A stretch of 31,692 nucleotides of DNA from a virus (IMGVR_UViG_3300023246_000533:1-31692), one strand, 5' to 3'; shown: positions 18,203 through 28,108, counted from the first letter of the stretch. Program-made: numbers and translations. Notes: generated by a model not told the origin, from the letters alone.

Positions 18203-19108
18203 TTAAGGTACTACAACAGAACCAGTCGCAACGTCATATTTAGAATAGCTTACTTTCAATGTGTAAGTATGTGCTGTTGTTAACAGCGCTGTTTTGCTTA
18301 TAGTATATGTCCCATCAGGACTTTCTACTAAGTCCTCCGCAGCCGCTACTGGAATAGCAATAGTTGGAGCAATTGCATCATAAAAATTAAATGCCGTATA
18401 TGCAGCCCCTGTAACCGCATCATCATAACGCTCAGTGTCAATTACTGCAACACATCCAGTTGTTGCTGGACTTGAAATTGTAATATCAGCATCGGTTAAA
18501 CTCCAAAAATCTGTTTCGTCGAAAATATTTCCATCCGCAACTTCAACTAACCAAAAATCATTCATATCCTTTGGATTTGCGATTTGGAAAGTTACCGTAG
18601 CCATTGATGGTGTTTCACGGTCAGGAATTGAAAATTTAGTTACAGCCATTGACTGCACTTCTAAAGGCACAAGATAAGTTGCATCTTTACGACCGCCTGC
18701 TTGGTTTTTATCATCAAAAAGATAAATCGCAAGTTTAAGGTCTGAGTTTTCACTGATTTTTTTAATATAATCAGCTACTTTGTCGTAAAATGTTCCAGTA
18801 AACTGAATATCTCCGTCTGCCAATTTTTTGTAAAAACCATTTTCATTAAATACAGCATCTTCACTTGGAACTTGTTTAACCCCGAAAATTCTATCAGTAA
18901 ATACAATTTTTTCCAATACATCATCATCGAAATTGTATTTATCAATTAAGGTTTGCCAGTTTGCTATTGCTGCTGCATCAGTTAATAATATTTTATTTGT
19001 AGTACCATCTTCTTTTTTGTAAGATGTTAATACAAATTTGACAGTTTCGCCCATATCCAAAGGACATGAACCACTACCACCGTTTGATAAAGCTGGATTA
19101 CAACCCAT
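18203..19108 (-). CDS. putative major tail tube protein
   Basis: Size, acidic beta-rich composition, C-terminal Ig-like extension, position, followed by a terminator. Confidence 0.65.
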   Translation of the reverse strand: MGCNPALSNGGSGSCPLDMGETVKFVLTSYKKEDGTTNKILLTDAAAIANWQTLIDKYNFDDDVLEKIVFTDRIFGVKQVPSEDAVFNENGFYKKLADGDIQFTGTFYDKVADYIKKISENSDLKLAIYLFDDKNQAGGRKDATYLVPLEVQSMAVTKFSIPDRETPSMATVTFQIANPKDMNDFWLVEVADGNIFDETDFWSLTDADITISSPATTGCVAVIDTERYDDAVTGAAYTAFNFYDAIAPTIAIPVAAAEDLVESPDGTYTISKTALLTTAHTYTLKVSYSKYDVATGSVVVP

Positions 19109-19308
19109 TATTTGCCTCCTTTTATTTTATCGACTGGAATATTATATATTTTTGCAAATACTTCCAATGTCGCCTCTTTGGTTACTTTTTGATTATAAGA
19201 TTTTATAAACTTATAAAACCCATCGAAATTATCTACCCTGTAGACTTTTCGAGCTTCAAGAAAGTTTAAACTTTCAAGAATATTTGGTACTTTTTTTTCT
19301 TTTTCCAT
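19108..19308 (-). CDS. hypothetical protein
   Basis: Probable ATG at 19308; TAATG overlap with the next gene. Confidence 0.5.
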   Translation of the reverse strand: MEKEKKVPNILESLNFLEARKVYRVDNFDGFYKFIKSYNQKVTKEATLEVFAKIYNIPVDKIKGGK

Positions 19309-19310
19309 TT

Positions 19311-19835
19311 TTAACAAAAATTAAATTTATATATTAACTCTAAACTAAACTTAAACACAAAAAACGGCTGCATTGTTTGCGTGTACTCGTCTGAAAAATC
19401 CTTTAACGCATCTTCACCCATTGTTGTACTTTTCAATTTAAACCCGTTTGGCTCTAATCTTAAAATCTCCATAACATCCTTAATAACCTCCTGCTCGGCT
19501 CGTGTTGTAACTGCACTTAACTTTTTTAAATCAACAAAAAAGTACAAATCAACATCCGATTGGTGCATATAATCATTAAATTCAACGCTGTTATTTACAA
19601 CAAAAAATGAATGTCCGTCTATTTTATCATTCATCAACAACTCTTTGTAATCAATAGCAGAAACATAATAATAAGGTTTACCATTAATTATACAAGCCTT
19701 TCCATAGCTTGAATAACTAATTGCCCGACTATCATCAGGAATCTTACCGGTCCAAAGTTTGCTTGTAAAATAATTCTGCAATCTTTGTATCGGGTCGTCA
19801 ATTCCTTGCGGATCTGTTATCGTTGGAGTTGCCAT
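19311..19835 (-). CDS. putative tail terminator/completion protein
   Basis: Size and position before the major tail gene. Confidence 0.5.
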   Translation of the reverse strand: MATPTITDPQGIDDPIQRLQNYFTSKLWTGKIPDDSRAISYSSYGKACIINGKPYYYVSAIDYKELLMNDKIDGHSFFVVNNSVEFNDYMHQSDVDLYFFVDLKKLSAVTTRAEQEVIKDVMEILRLEPNGFKLKSTTMGEDALKDFSDEYTQTMQPFFVFKFSLELIYKFNFC

Positions 19836-20255
19836 TTATCTAATGAATGAATAAATAAACGTTCCAGTCGTAACACTCGTTAATGTCAACTTGAACACGA
19901 TATACTTAGAGTTCCATTTAATGTTGGTTAAAATTACCCCGGCATAAGTCCCACTTGACACACTACAATTAGTAGTATAATCATATAATGCAGTACTTAA
20001 TGTTAATGGAAGTCTATTGTCATCTGCTCTTGAAAAACATCGGTTGTTAATATAGCCGAAGTCTAAAATTGCATCATCAGCATCAAAATTAGTGAAATCG
20101 AACTCTATACTTGAGCCGCTTTCACTTCTAAATGGAATAGTTATCATTGTATCTGCCCCACTGATAGTTGACACGTCTATTGAATCAGTATAGATTCTTT
20201 GACTAAATGTTGTCAATCCGATAAATACAAATAATATTATTAATAAATTTTTCAT
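19836..20255 (-). CDS. beta-sandwich protein with Sec signal peptide in the head-tail module
   Basis: MKNLLIILFVFIGLTTFS|Q; ends YIVFKLTLTSVTTGTF. Confidence 0.6.
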   Translation of the reverse strand: MKNLLIILFVFIGLTTFSQRIYTDSIDVSTISGADTMITIPFRSESGSSIEFDFTNFDADDAILDFGYINNRCFSRADDNRLPLTLSTALYDYTTNCSVSSGTYAGVILTNIKWNSKYIVFKLTLTSVTTGTFIYSFIR

Positions 20256-21289
20256 TTTACTGTGTATGAAGTTAGTTTTTGTTTAGGTGTAAATGTTTCT
20301 TTAAGTTTTTTAATTTCACGTTCCAATTTTTTTTCAAGTCCTGTGATATGGTTTTCTGTGTCGCCATACAGGGCAAAATATGCCTTATCACAAATCCTTT
20401 CAATCCGATTTGTTCGGGTCGAGGTTGCAATCAGCTTTAGCATATCTGCTTCAAATTGAAGTTGAATCAGATTATCAAACTTTGGTTTGTTCCTTAAAAT
20501 AGGGTCTGTGAAGTCCTTATGTACAGAAATATCGAAGTTTAATCCGTAAGTGTCGGCTGTATATACAATATCATCAACGTCAAACAATGTTTCTGCGTTC
20601 CATCCACTAACTTTAATTGGAGTTATTCCGACATGATTAAAAGTGTTTTGGACATTTGATTCATTCCATTCTCGGTTAATTGCCTTTGGCGTTAAACCGC
20701 TTGTTAAATATCCTATATAATATTTTCCACCTTTATATGTTGAGTTTTCCAATACCCAATCAGTAACTGTTTCTGAAACATCCTGATTTGCAACGGTTGT
20801 AATTTCTTTGCTTGTAATTGCATCCTGCTTACTTGAATGAAACAATAAAAGTTTAACTGCATCTATTGCATCAAATGTCGCTGTCAACTCGTTAAATATT
20901 GTGGTTATGTTTTTTCGCTTACTTACTGATATTTCATAACCTACAAAGTTTGTTGCGTTGGCAATAGTGTCAGTCATTACATTTTCATAAGGAAATAATA
21001 ATCGGTTTTCGATTAAATCATCCTCATTGAAAACTTTTTGTAACATTGCATTTATTGCTTCCTTTTGCTTTGAAATCAACAATGTGTTGAAGTTAGCATC
21101 CGAAATAGCCGAATCTTCTTGACAGTCGTAAATATTTTGAATAGTAGTCAGTCCACCACCAAAATAAAGACCACTATTTGAAACAAGATTTGCAGCCGAT
21201 AAAGTTGGCATATCAGCAACGGTGGGTTGTTTATGACCCACGCGCTGATATAAACCAGTTGTTGCTTCTATGAGTGAAACTATATACAT
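20252..21289 (-). CDS. putative head-tail connector/adaptor protein
   Basis: Position after capsid genes; helical N- and C-termini around a beta insertion. Confidence 0.5.
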   Translation of the reverse strand: MYIVSLIEATTGLYQRVGHKQPTVADMPTLSAANLVSNSGLYFGGGLTTIQNIYDCQEDSAISDANFNTLLISKQKEAINAMLQKVFNEDDLIENRLLFPYENVMTDTIANATNFVGYEISVSKRKNITTIFNELTATFDAIDAVKLLLFHSSKQDAITSKEITTVANQDVSETVTDWVLENSTYKGGKYYIGYLTSGLTPKAINREWNESNVQNTFNHVGITPIKVSGWNAETLFDVDDIVYTADTYGLNFDISVHKDFTDPILRNKPKFDNLIQLQFEADMLKLIATSTRTNRIERICDKAYFALYGDTENHITGLEKKLEREIKKLKETFTPKQKLTSYTVK

Positions 21290-21697
21290 TTACGGTTTAA
21301 AAAACATATATGAGCCTGACATCCCTGTGGTATGTGTACCAGTCGATAGGAATTGAACTCTGTAAAAATTATAACCGTTTCCTGCAAGTTCTTCAGTATT
21401 CCAAGTATATGTTGCACCATCCGTAATTGTCATAGTGTCGCCTGCGGCTGTTGAAATAGTTGAAAAGATAGTACCGTCTATCGAACCCTGAAATACAGCT
21501 GTTCCGGCTGTCGTTCCTGTTAGATTTGTTGCCAAAATAACCACAACAACATCAGTTGTTGGAGAAATTCGAGCTGTCTCAAATGTAACAACGGTTTCAG
21601 TATTGGTAATAGTGTCAGTTGTAAAAGCGATAACTTTTTGTCCGTAGCTTGCAATACCCAGTACTACAATTGCTAAAATTATAAATAGTTTTTTCAT
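21290..21697 (-). CDS. capsid-decoration-like jelly-roll protein with Sec signal peptide
   Basis: Immediately after the major capsid gene (TAATG); MKKLFIILAIVVLGIASYG|Q; FQGSIDG..F...YNFYRVQF. Confidence 0.6.
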   Translation of the reverse strand: MKKLFIILAIVVLGIASYGQKVIAFTTDTITNTETVVTFETARISPTTDVVVVILATNLTGTTAGTAVFQGSIDGTIFSTISTAAGDTMTITDGATYTWNTEELAGNGYNFYRVQFLSTGTHTTGMSGSYMFFKP

Positions 21698-22737
21698 TAT
21701 CCTAAAAGATATGCTTTATAAATTGCGCTTAAATTACTTGTTGAGAATGTTGGCACTAAGAATGAATGGTCAATAGAAATTTCACCCTGAATATTAATAT
21801 CCTGAGTTTCCCCTGCTGCTGATTCATTATCTGCGGCTGTTGCGTACTCATGTACTGCAAAGTTTAATCCCAGCCCCCAAGGGTCAGGTAAGCTATAATA
21901 TAATCCACCAACTTGGAACGTATGACCAAAACCATTTCTGTTTTTCTCAGGAATCCAATCCAATAAACCGATTGTTCCTTTTGGTGCTATATAACAGTAG
22001 CCTTCAGCGCCTGAAACTTTCGCCAATTCAGCAGAACCAAACATTTCGATATTTGAAAGTTGAGGCTGTGAATTTACACTATTTCCGCCACCTTGCCAGC
22101 TTAGATGTTCAAACAATTGTTTTAATCCTTCATCGCCTATTACGTCGAATTGACCTTTATAATAGTTTTGATTCATAAATCCTTTGAGTCTTTGGAAAAA
22201 TAAAAGTCTATCGGCTGTTGACACTTTATAAATATAATCAGAGTCATCATTCCAATTTCCTAATGATGGCGTGTTTGAAACTTGCGATTTGTTGGTGTTT
22301 AAAGCTGCCAACATTGCTGTTTCTAATGATTCTACAATGCTAAGCATTTTAGAATAAATCTGAACAGAAGTCATTTGAGCAAGTGTAAAAACACTATCTC
22401 TGTCCGCCTGTTTGATTGAGGTTTTAAACGTATCACTAATAGTTGTGAATGTTTGTGTAGTTATTGTACTATCATTAATATCCCCTGTATGAGCCGCTGC
22501 TCTTGCAGAACCTAATGAAGCCGCCTGTTTGTTTAATAAGTTGATTTCAACGGTATCTTGATCTGTTTTTTTAACTTCCATTATTCTTGCCATTTCTTTT
22601 GCTGGCAAAATTAAATCAACGTTCTTTTTTAACATTTCAATAGTTACCGATGGTTTCATCTTAAACTCAGGACTTGCCATGTTTTTACTCCATTGATATT
22701 GGATATTTTTTCGTCTTGAATCTGCGTAATTCGCCAT
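21697..22737 (-). CDS. major capsid protein (putative)
   Basis: 346 aa, directly after the scaffold, portal-scaffold-capsid synteny. Confidence 0.75.
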   Translation of the reverse strand: MANYADSRRKNIQYQWSKNMASPEFKMKPSVTIEMLKKNVDLILPAKEMARIMEVKKTDQDTVEINLLNKQAASLGSARAAAHTGDINDSTITTQTFTTISDTFKTSIKQADRDSVFTLAQMTSVQIYSKMLSIVESLETAMLAALNTNKSQVSNTPSLGNWNDDSDYIYKVSTADRLLFFQRLKGFMNQNYYKGQFDVIGDEGLKQLFEHLSWQGGGNSVNSQPQLSNIEMFGSAELAKVSGAEGYCYIAPKGTIGLLDWIPEKNRNGFGHTFQVGGLYYSLPDPWGLGLNFAVHEYATAADNESAAGETQDINIQGEISIDHSFLVPTFSTSNLSAIYKAYLLG

Positions 22738-22742
22738 TTTAA

Positions 22743-23591
22743 TTATTTTTTATTTAATGTTTTTTTTAATTCTTCTTGTAATCCTGTCCCCTCTGTGCTG
22801 TCCGGGTCGATGTTTTCTTTTTCCATGTGTGCAAATAATTCATTGAAGTCTTTGAATTTGCCATTTTCGCCATTTTCATTTTCTCCACCTCTGCCCCCTG
22901 CATTATCCCATTTGTATAATACAGAAAATTCATCTGCAACATCTGAAAACTTTTTAGCCTCTCTGTTTTCATTTTTAACTACTTCCCCGTTTTTTGTCGG
23001 TTCTGCAATACCTGAATCATTAAAATTAATTCCGTATCCCTCGGCTTTAAAAATTGCAACTTTGTGAGTGGCTGGTAACCCATCTTTACTGTCCTTAAAT
23101 TGAGATAATAAAAAATGTTCTGATTTCATGCCTTTAATTTGGCTTTTATAATCAGTTTCTTTTTTCTCATACCCCTGTTCAAGTTCAGTTTTTGTTTCAC
23201 GTAAAGTCTTTAGGTCAATTTCTAATTTCTCTACTTTCTTATCAGGTTCGATTTTGGCTTCTTTCAAGATATGATCTTTGTATGTAGATACTAAAATAGA
23301 TTTATCTTTATATCCATCAACTTCAACTCCCATTTCATCTCGTACAGCTTTCATTTGCATTTCCTCTCCAACAACTTTTCCTTTGTCATATCCTACTTTT
23401 TCTGTGTTAGTAGTATATGTGTCAAAGCTTTCAGGTGTGTAGATTTTTAACTTGGAATGCTCGTCATCTGTATAGATTTTTAATTTAGGTATCTCAAAAG
23501 TTCCATTTTCTTCTGATAATGCTTTCCCGAATGCTTCGGGGTCTGTAACTTTTAGCGTGTCTGCTAATTTTTTTATTAAATCTTTATTCAT
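22743..23591 (-). CDS. capsid scaffolding protein (putative)
   Basis: Charged coiled-coil, GGRGG linker, short C-terminal helix; upstream of the capsid gene. Confidence 0.7.
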   Translation of the reverse strand: MNKDLIKKLADTLKVTDPEAFGKALSEENGTFEIPKLKIYTDDEHSKLKIYTPESFDTYTTNTEKVGYDKGKVVGEEMQMKAVRDEMGVEVDGYKDKSILVSTYKDHILKEAKIEPDKKVEKLEIDLKTLRETKTELEQGYEKKETDYKSQIKGMKSEHFLLSQFKDSKDGLPATHKVAIFKAEGYGINFNDSGIAEPTKNGEVVKNENREAKKFSDVADEFSVLYKWDNAGGRGGENENGENGKFKDFNELFAHMEKENIDPDSTEGTGLQEELKKTLNKK

Positions 23592-23625
23592 AATATATGT
23601 TTTACTTATCCGTTAACTCGGATGG

Positions 23626-24159
23626 TTATTTTAACTTTTCAATTTCTTTTTCAATTGCCTCAAGCAATAAATCCTTATTCTTATAATCTTTAGAAACTAA
23701 TGGCAGATTATGTTTTATGATATAATCTTCATATTCGCTTCTTTTTGTCATGTCTTTTAAATCTTTTTCGACAGGAACTTCATCGCTATTTGGCTTTTCA
23801 TCCTTTGGCGGATCAATTACCTCGTCAGTTTCATTCTCAAAAACATCAGGAATAGCATCATTAGTTTCATTTTTAACCGCTCTTGTAACTTCCCATTTTT
23901 CAGGATGTTTAGTTCCTGTGTTTTTGGGGTTTTTCTTATCCAAAACATAGAACATTCCTTTTTCTGTTGGTCTGACGTTTAATATTTTCGCCTGAGCCTC
24001 AGAAATCATTACATGACCTCTGTCGGATGGTCGATATTCAGAAATTTTACGGTATTTTTTTGTTTTACCGCCTTTTCCTTCCACTTCGACTGTTTTCATT
24101 TCGAGTATTTTAAACTCTAAGTGTCTTTTATCCATTTTTATTAATTTTAAATTAATCAC
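23626..24159 (-). CDS. hypothetical head-module protein with acidic linker and small C-terminal helical domain
   Basis: ORF track; start may be 24135 (MDKRH). Confidence 0.55.
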   Translation of the reverse strand: MINLKLIKMDKRHLEFKILEMKTVEVEGKGGKTKKYRKISEYRPSDRGHVMISEAQAKILNVRPTEKGMFYVLDKKNPKNTGTKHPEKWEVTRAVKNETNDAIPDVFENETDEVIDPPKDEKPNSDEVPVEKDLKDMTKRSEYEDYIIKHNLPLVSKDYKNKDLLLEAIEKEIEKLK

Positions 24160-25744
24160 TTGGCAACTTAACCGCCGCCGTTACTTTTGTTTGTGCAAAA
24201 ACCGTAAGCTCTGCATCAAGTTCAGTAAAATCCTTTACCAAAATATTTTCTTGTTTCAATGTCTTAACCCATTCATTGAAATATATCTTTTTATAATAAT
24301 CTATTTGATTTACATTTAATCCTTGAATTTCAACATCTGTTGAATGGACAAATGGCTCAATCTTTAACAATTTAATATACATCAACATTGAAGTACTATC
24401 ACTTTCAAATTGTGATTGATAATATTGTGTTAAAAAGTAATCAAGTGTTGTTTTTGGACTTCCGGCTGCTTTATATTTTACATACTTATCAAATATCACA
24501 TCGGGAGTTTCTAAAATATATCTGCGACCATAAGAAATTGAACTGCCTTTGTATGCTGACCTGTATTTTATTTCGCCGATAAAATCAGTAATGCTTTTAT
24601 CAACATATTCTGCCCATAAAGAACTATCATTTAATTTATCGTAAACAGGCTGAACGTTTAAAAATGCTGCTGTTGCCGTTTCATTACTTGAATCTTCTTT
24701 TGTGTTTGACCCCCATAAATCAAATTCCATTTCCTTGATTAACTGCTTAAACTCCTCACGCATTTCCCTTAATGTTTCAAGGTCAGGCTGAACATATCCG
24801 GCAACATTTGGGGCAATAGTAGGATCGGCTGCATCTTTTGGTTGTGGTAATCCTATAACTTCAGATACTGATTTTGTTTTCTTTAACCCCGAGCCATTAC
24901 AATATTTGCAAGTTTTTCCTTCTATTTCTCCAGTTCCTTGACAATATGAGCAATCTTCAAGATAACGCCAAAATATAGGATATAAATGTAAATACTTATA
25001 AACTGATTTTGTGCTATTATTTTGTAGATACTCCTCGGCTGTTTCAAGTGTTGTTTCAACTGGCGAAGCCATTATATTATAAACGTCATCGGGAGTTTGT
25101 GATATTCTAATTGCAGGAACTCTGCCCAATATATTCCTGTACGTTTCATTTTTTAATATATCGAAGTTTTCGCCGTCTTTGGTTTGTACGATTATATCTC
25201 TGCGGTCATCTACAACTCTGTATTGTTTTACTCCATCAGGTAATTCTTTTGGCTCAAATATTACATATTGACAAATCAGACCGTCAAAACCGTAATCACG
25301 TATTGAATTTATTGATTTATATGTAGGATATGGCTCTCCGTCTTTGCCAACTTCGACAAAAAACAAACCATTCGGATCGACATAGAATTTATTAATACAT
25401 TGCTTAACCCATCTTGGTATTGTATATCCTTTATATGTTGCTGAAGTGAAATCCTTTCTTAACCTATCAGATAATTCATAATAGCGTGAGCCGCCTTTTG
25501 CTGAGAATACCTTGTCGTTTGGCTTTAGCAATCTTGCATACAATGATTTATTTGACCGCGTGAGTTTATCTCGTAGCTTTTTTTGAGTATCATCTTCGTA
25601 ACCGTCAATTTTCTGAACTTTGACATCAACGCCGTTTATGTGCATATTTAATTCTCTATGCCTTTTACGTGCTAAATCAATGTTTACTTTGTTTTTCGGA
25701 GTCTTTATTAACTCAAATATCTCAGTATCGTTCTTGAATATCAT
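24152..25744 (-). CDS. portal protein (putative) with inserted CxxCxGxG zinc finger
   Basis: 530 aa, downstream of terL; LGRVPAIR and NETATA portal-like motifs; CSYCQGTG...CKYCNGSG. Confidence 0.8.
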   Translation of the reverse strand: MIFKNDTEIFELIKTPKNKVNIDLARKRHRELNMHINGVDVKVQKIDGYEDDTQKKLRDKLTRSNKSLYARLLKPNDKVFSAKGGSRYYELSDRLRKDFTSATYKGYTIPRWVKQCINKFYVDPNGLFFVEVGKDGEPYPTYKSINSIRDYGFDGLICQYVIFEPKELPDGVKQYRVVDDRRDIIVQTKDGENFDILKNETYRNILGRVPAIRISQTPDDVYNIMASPVETTLETAEEYLQNNSTKSVYKYLHLYPIFWRYLEDCSYCQGTGEIEGKTCKYCNGSGLKKTKSVSEVIGLPQPKDAADPTIAPNVAGYVQPDLETLREMREEFKQLIKEMEFDLWGSNTKEDSSNETATAAFLNVQPVYDKLNDSSLWAEYVDKSITDFIGEIKYRSAYKGSSISYGRRYILETPDVIFDKYVKYKAAGSPKTTLDYFLTQYYQSQFESDSTSMLMYIKLLKIEPFVHSTDVEIQGLNVNQIDYYKKIYFNEWVKTLKQENILVKDFTELDAELTVFAQTKVTAAVKLPSD

Positions 25745-25763
25745 TCATCTCGTGTTAAAAACA

Positions 25764-25771
25764 CAAAATTA
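25764..25771 (-). promoter_or_regulatory. possible -7 promoter element upstream of portal
   Basis: TAATTTTG matches TAnnTTTG in an intergenic gap. Confidence 0.4.
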
Positions 25772-25826
25772 ATGCAAAATGATAATAGAATTTGTTATGT
25801 TAATAAATATTTTCTGTAAGCAATGT

Positions 25827-26054
25827 TTAAGGTTTAAGTATTACAACTTTTTTGAAAGGTTTTAATGCGGTTTCATATTCCGCATTTTCAAGAACAATCA
25901 GACTTGTTAATTGAGTGTGAGTTTCTAAATGCTTCTGAATCTCTAAATGCTGTTTGAAAAGTTTTCGCATTTTAACATAACTTATCCCAGTATATGTTTT
26001 GTTGATTTCCTTTTTGAAATCTGCTATTGATGGCTTTGGTTGTTCTTTGCTCAT
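25827..26054 (-). CDS. hypothetical protein
   Basis: ORF track; ATGA overlap. Confidence 0.55.
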   Translation of the reverse strand: MSKEQPKPSIADFKKEINKTYTGISYVKMRKLFKQHLEIQKHLETHTQLTSLIVLENAEYETALKPFKKVVILKP

Positions 26055-26323
26055 AATATCTTATTTTTAAGTAAAAAGTTAATCTCAATTAATCCCTTGT
26101 TGTAAAGGTTCTTTTTAATGTGTTTGCGATGAATAAACCATGATATTAGTTTGAATTTCTTTTTGCTTCCATCTTTGTAGAAAATTATCACTTTATCAAA
26201 GCCCATGTTTTTGCCCTTTGAATTTGTGTAATGATGAACATTTTGCTTAATCAGCTTCTTTACGACTTCTTTTGATGTTCGCTTGTTTGAAAATAGGTAC
26301 TTGAAATAATTTATTAGTCTCAT
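26051..26323 (-). CDS. hypothetical basic protein
   Basis: ORF track. Confidence 0.5.
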   Translation of the reverse strand: MRLINYFKYLFSNKRTSKEVVKKLIKQNVHHYTNSKGKNMGFDKVIIFYKDGSKKKFKLISWFIHRKHIKKNLYNKGLIEINFLLKNKIL

Positions 26324-26397
26324 TGTTTTTTAGCTTTTAATAGTTCAATTATTCTTTTTTCATAATTATTTATTTTAGATTACAGATATAATACTTT

Positions 26398-27585
26398 TTA
26401 CCAAGAGACAAGCCCTCTTTTGCGTTTATTTGTTAATTTCATCATACAAATATATCGTATTGCATCAATGCCATGGTTAAAGTCATCAATTGGCTTTCCT
26501 GTTTTCTCTCCAGTCTTACTTACCTCCCATTGATAATTCCTAAATTCTTTGATTAAGTTTGTTGAATTTGTATCAACATTTAATTTATACTGAAGCATTA
26601 TGTCAATTCCGAAATTAATAGAGTCTTTGCCTTTGCTTACTGGTTTTATGTTCCAATTATTACGCCTTATTTCTTCAATGCTTTTAGGCTCTGCACTATC
26701 TGCTATTATACTATCATATTTTTTTATCTGTAAATCTGCAAAATCTTTGCAAATATCTTGATTTGTCAAGCCTCTTTGATAGATATATTCTTTTAAATAT
26801 AACTCATTGTTCATTTTATAGACTCCGATAAATGCTGTCGGATCATTAGTATATCCAAAATCTAAACCGTAACCTATTAACTTTGCCTCTCCCGGTAATT
26901 CACGAATAGTTATTTGAAACACCAATCCCTCAAGATTGCCAAGCTCTCCAAGTCCGTAAACTTTCCACCAATTAGTGTTTCCTTTCCTGTGTTCAATAGA
27001 TTTAATAATTTCATCTTCTAAAAACTCATTGTCTAAATAAGTTGAAGTAAAAAAGTAAATATCATCTCTTTTTAATAGTTCTGTGTGGACCCAAAATTCA
27101 TGAGTAGGATTGAAATCTAAAAATATTCTCTTTTTTGTTCTAATCTCTAATTGTGTAAATGCTTCATAGTTTACATTGTTACACTCATTAATGAAAAGAT
27201 AATCACGCCTTGCGCCTCTTAATTTTGCATGGTCATCAGCACTAAAAAACTCAATTCTTGAACCATTATCAAATGTATAAATCATATCTGTTCTGTTATA
27301 TGACTTATTGTTGAATGAATTTCCCATTATTGTATAAAAGTCCCTGATAACTCCACGTTTTAAGTGTGGCACGCTTTCGGCTACGACCGATATTAATACT
27401 TTTGGCTGTTTAATTGCGATTATTATAAGACCTTGGATTGTGCTGAAAGTCTTTGAACTGTTATGGACCAATATAGGACCATTACAATCTATAAAGTAGT
27501 TATGATTATCTTTTATTGACAAATCATAAACATAAGGCTCTTGCACCTCCTCTATTTTTAATATGTCGGACTTACACAATTCCAT
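26398..27585 (-). CDS. terL: split-intein C-fragment (42 aa, 27585-27460) fused to terminase large subunit C-extein (PBSX/Terminase_3 type)
   Basis: VYDLSI (block F), ILVHN|S (block G), then SSKT; KLRGARRDYLFINE (Walker B), DFNP, GLDFGYTNDP, ADSAEP, NHGIDAIRY. Confidence 0.93.
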   Translation of the reverse strand: MELCKSDILKIEEVQEPYVYDLSIKDNHNYFIDCNGPILVHNSSKTFSTIQGLIIIAIKQPKVLISVVAESVPHLKRGVIRDFYTIMGNSFNNKSYNRTDMIYTFDNGSRIEFFSADDHAKLRGARRDYLFINECNNVNYEAFTQLEIRTKKRIFLDFNPTHEFWVHTELLKRDDIYFFTSTYLDNEFLEDEIIKSIEHRKGNTNWWKVYGLGELGNLEGLVFQITIRELPGEAKLIGYGLDFGYTNDPTAFIGVYKMNNELYLKEYIYQRGLTNQDICKDFADLQIKKYDSIIADSAEPKSIEEIRRNNWNIKPVSKGKDSINFGIDIMLQYKLNVDTNSTNLIKEFRNYQWEVSKTGEKTGKPIDDFNHGIDAIRYICMMKLTNKRKRGLVSW

Positions 27586-28097
27586 ATTCCACGTCTACTA
27601 TTTACAATATCTTTAATATGGGCTTCACTTACATTGTATTTTTCTGCAAGTTTCTTTCTTCCATAATATCTACTTACACAATTTCTAACATGCTCTCTTA
27701 TTTCTTCAACATCCTGTTCGGTTAGTTTTGAGTTTCCATTCAAAGAGCCTCTTTTGGGTGTTATTAGACTATTTCTATAAGCATGTTTTATATTTTCACT
27801 TCTAGTTGTGTATTCTAAATTATTTATATTATTATTTGTTTTATCACAATCAATATGATTTATCTCTTGTCCTTCCTTGCGTGGTCCAAAAAATGCTAAT
27901 GCTACAAATTTATGTACGGTCCAACTACTATATTTACCGTTATCATCTAATAACATTGTTTTCATGTAACCGTCTTTTGACTTGGCAGGCTTTAATACTC
28001 TTATTGTTTTACTACGCTTATAATTCAATGAACGTAACCTTCCTAAATCTGATGCTTCATAAGTACTGAAGTTCGGTATTGCTTTCCAATTTTCCAT
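27558..28097 (-). CDS. free-standing NUMOD4-HNH homing endonuclease between the intein halves
   Basis: Probable ATG 28097 (MENWKAIP..YEASDLGRLRS); EINHIDCDKTNNNINNLEYTT.SENIKH; C-terminal HTH; different frame from both intein halves. Confidence 0.92.
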   Translation of the reverse strand: MENWKAIPNFSTYEASDLGRLRSLNYKRSKTIRVLKPAKSKDGYMKTMLLDDNGKYSSWTVHKFVALAFFGPRKEGQEINHIDCDKTNNNINNLEYTTRSENIKHAYRNSLITPKRGSLNGNSKLTEQDVEEIREHVRNCVSRYYGRKKLAEKYNVSEAHIKDIVNSRRGIWNCVSPTY

Positions 28098-28108
28098 AAT
28101 CTTTTTTC

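Noticed and set aside
22766-22972. Alternative-frame minus ORF inside the scaffold gene
   Set aside because: Fully nested and explained by codon bias of the main frame.
23433-23490. Duplicated KLKIYT peptide in the scaffold
   Set aside because: A single short degenerate in-frame duplication with no evident system behind it.
23608-23623. ATCCG-TTAACT-CGGAT hairpin before the scaffold gene
   Set aside because: Only a 5-bp stem without a U-tract; too weak to call.
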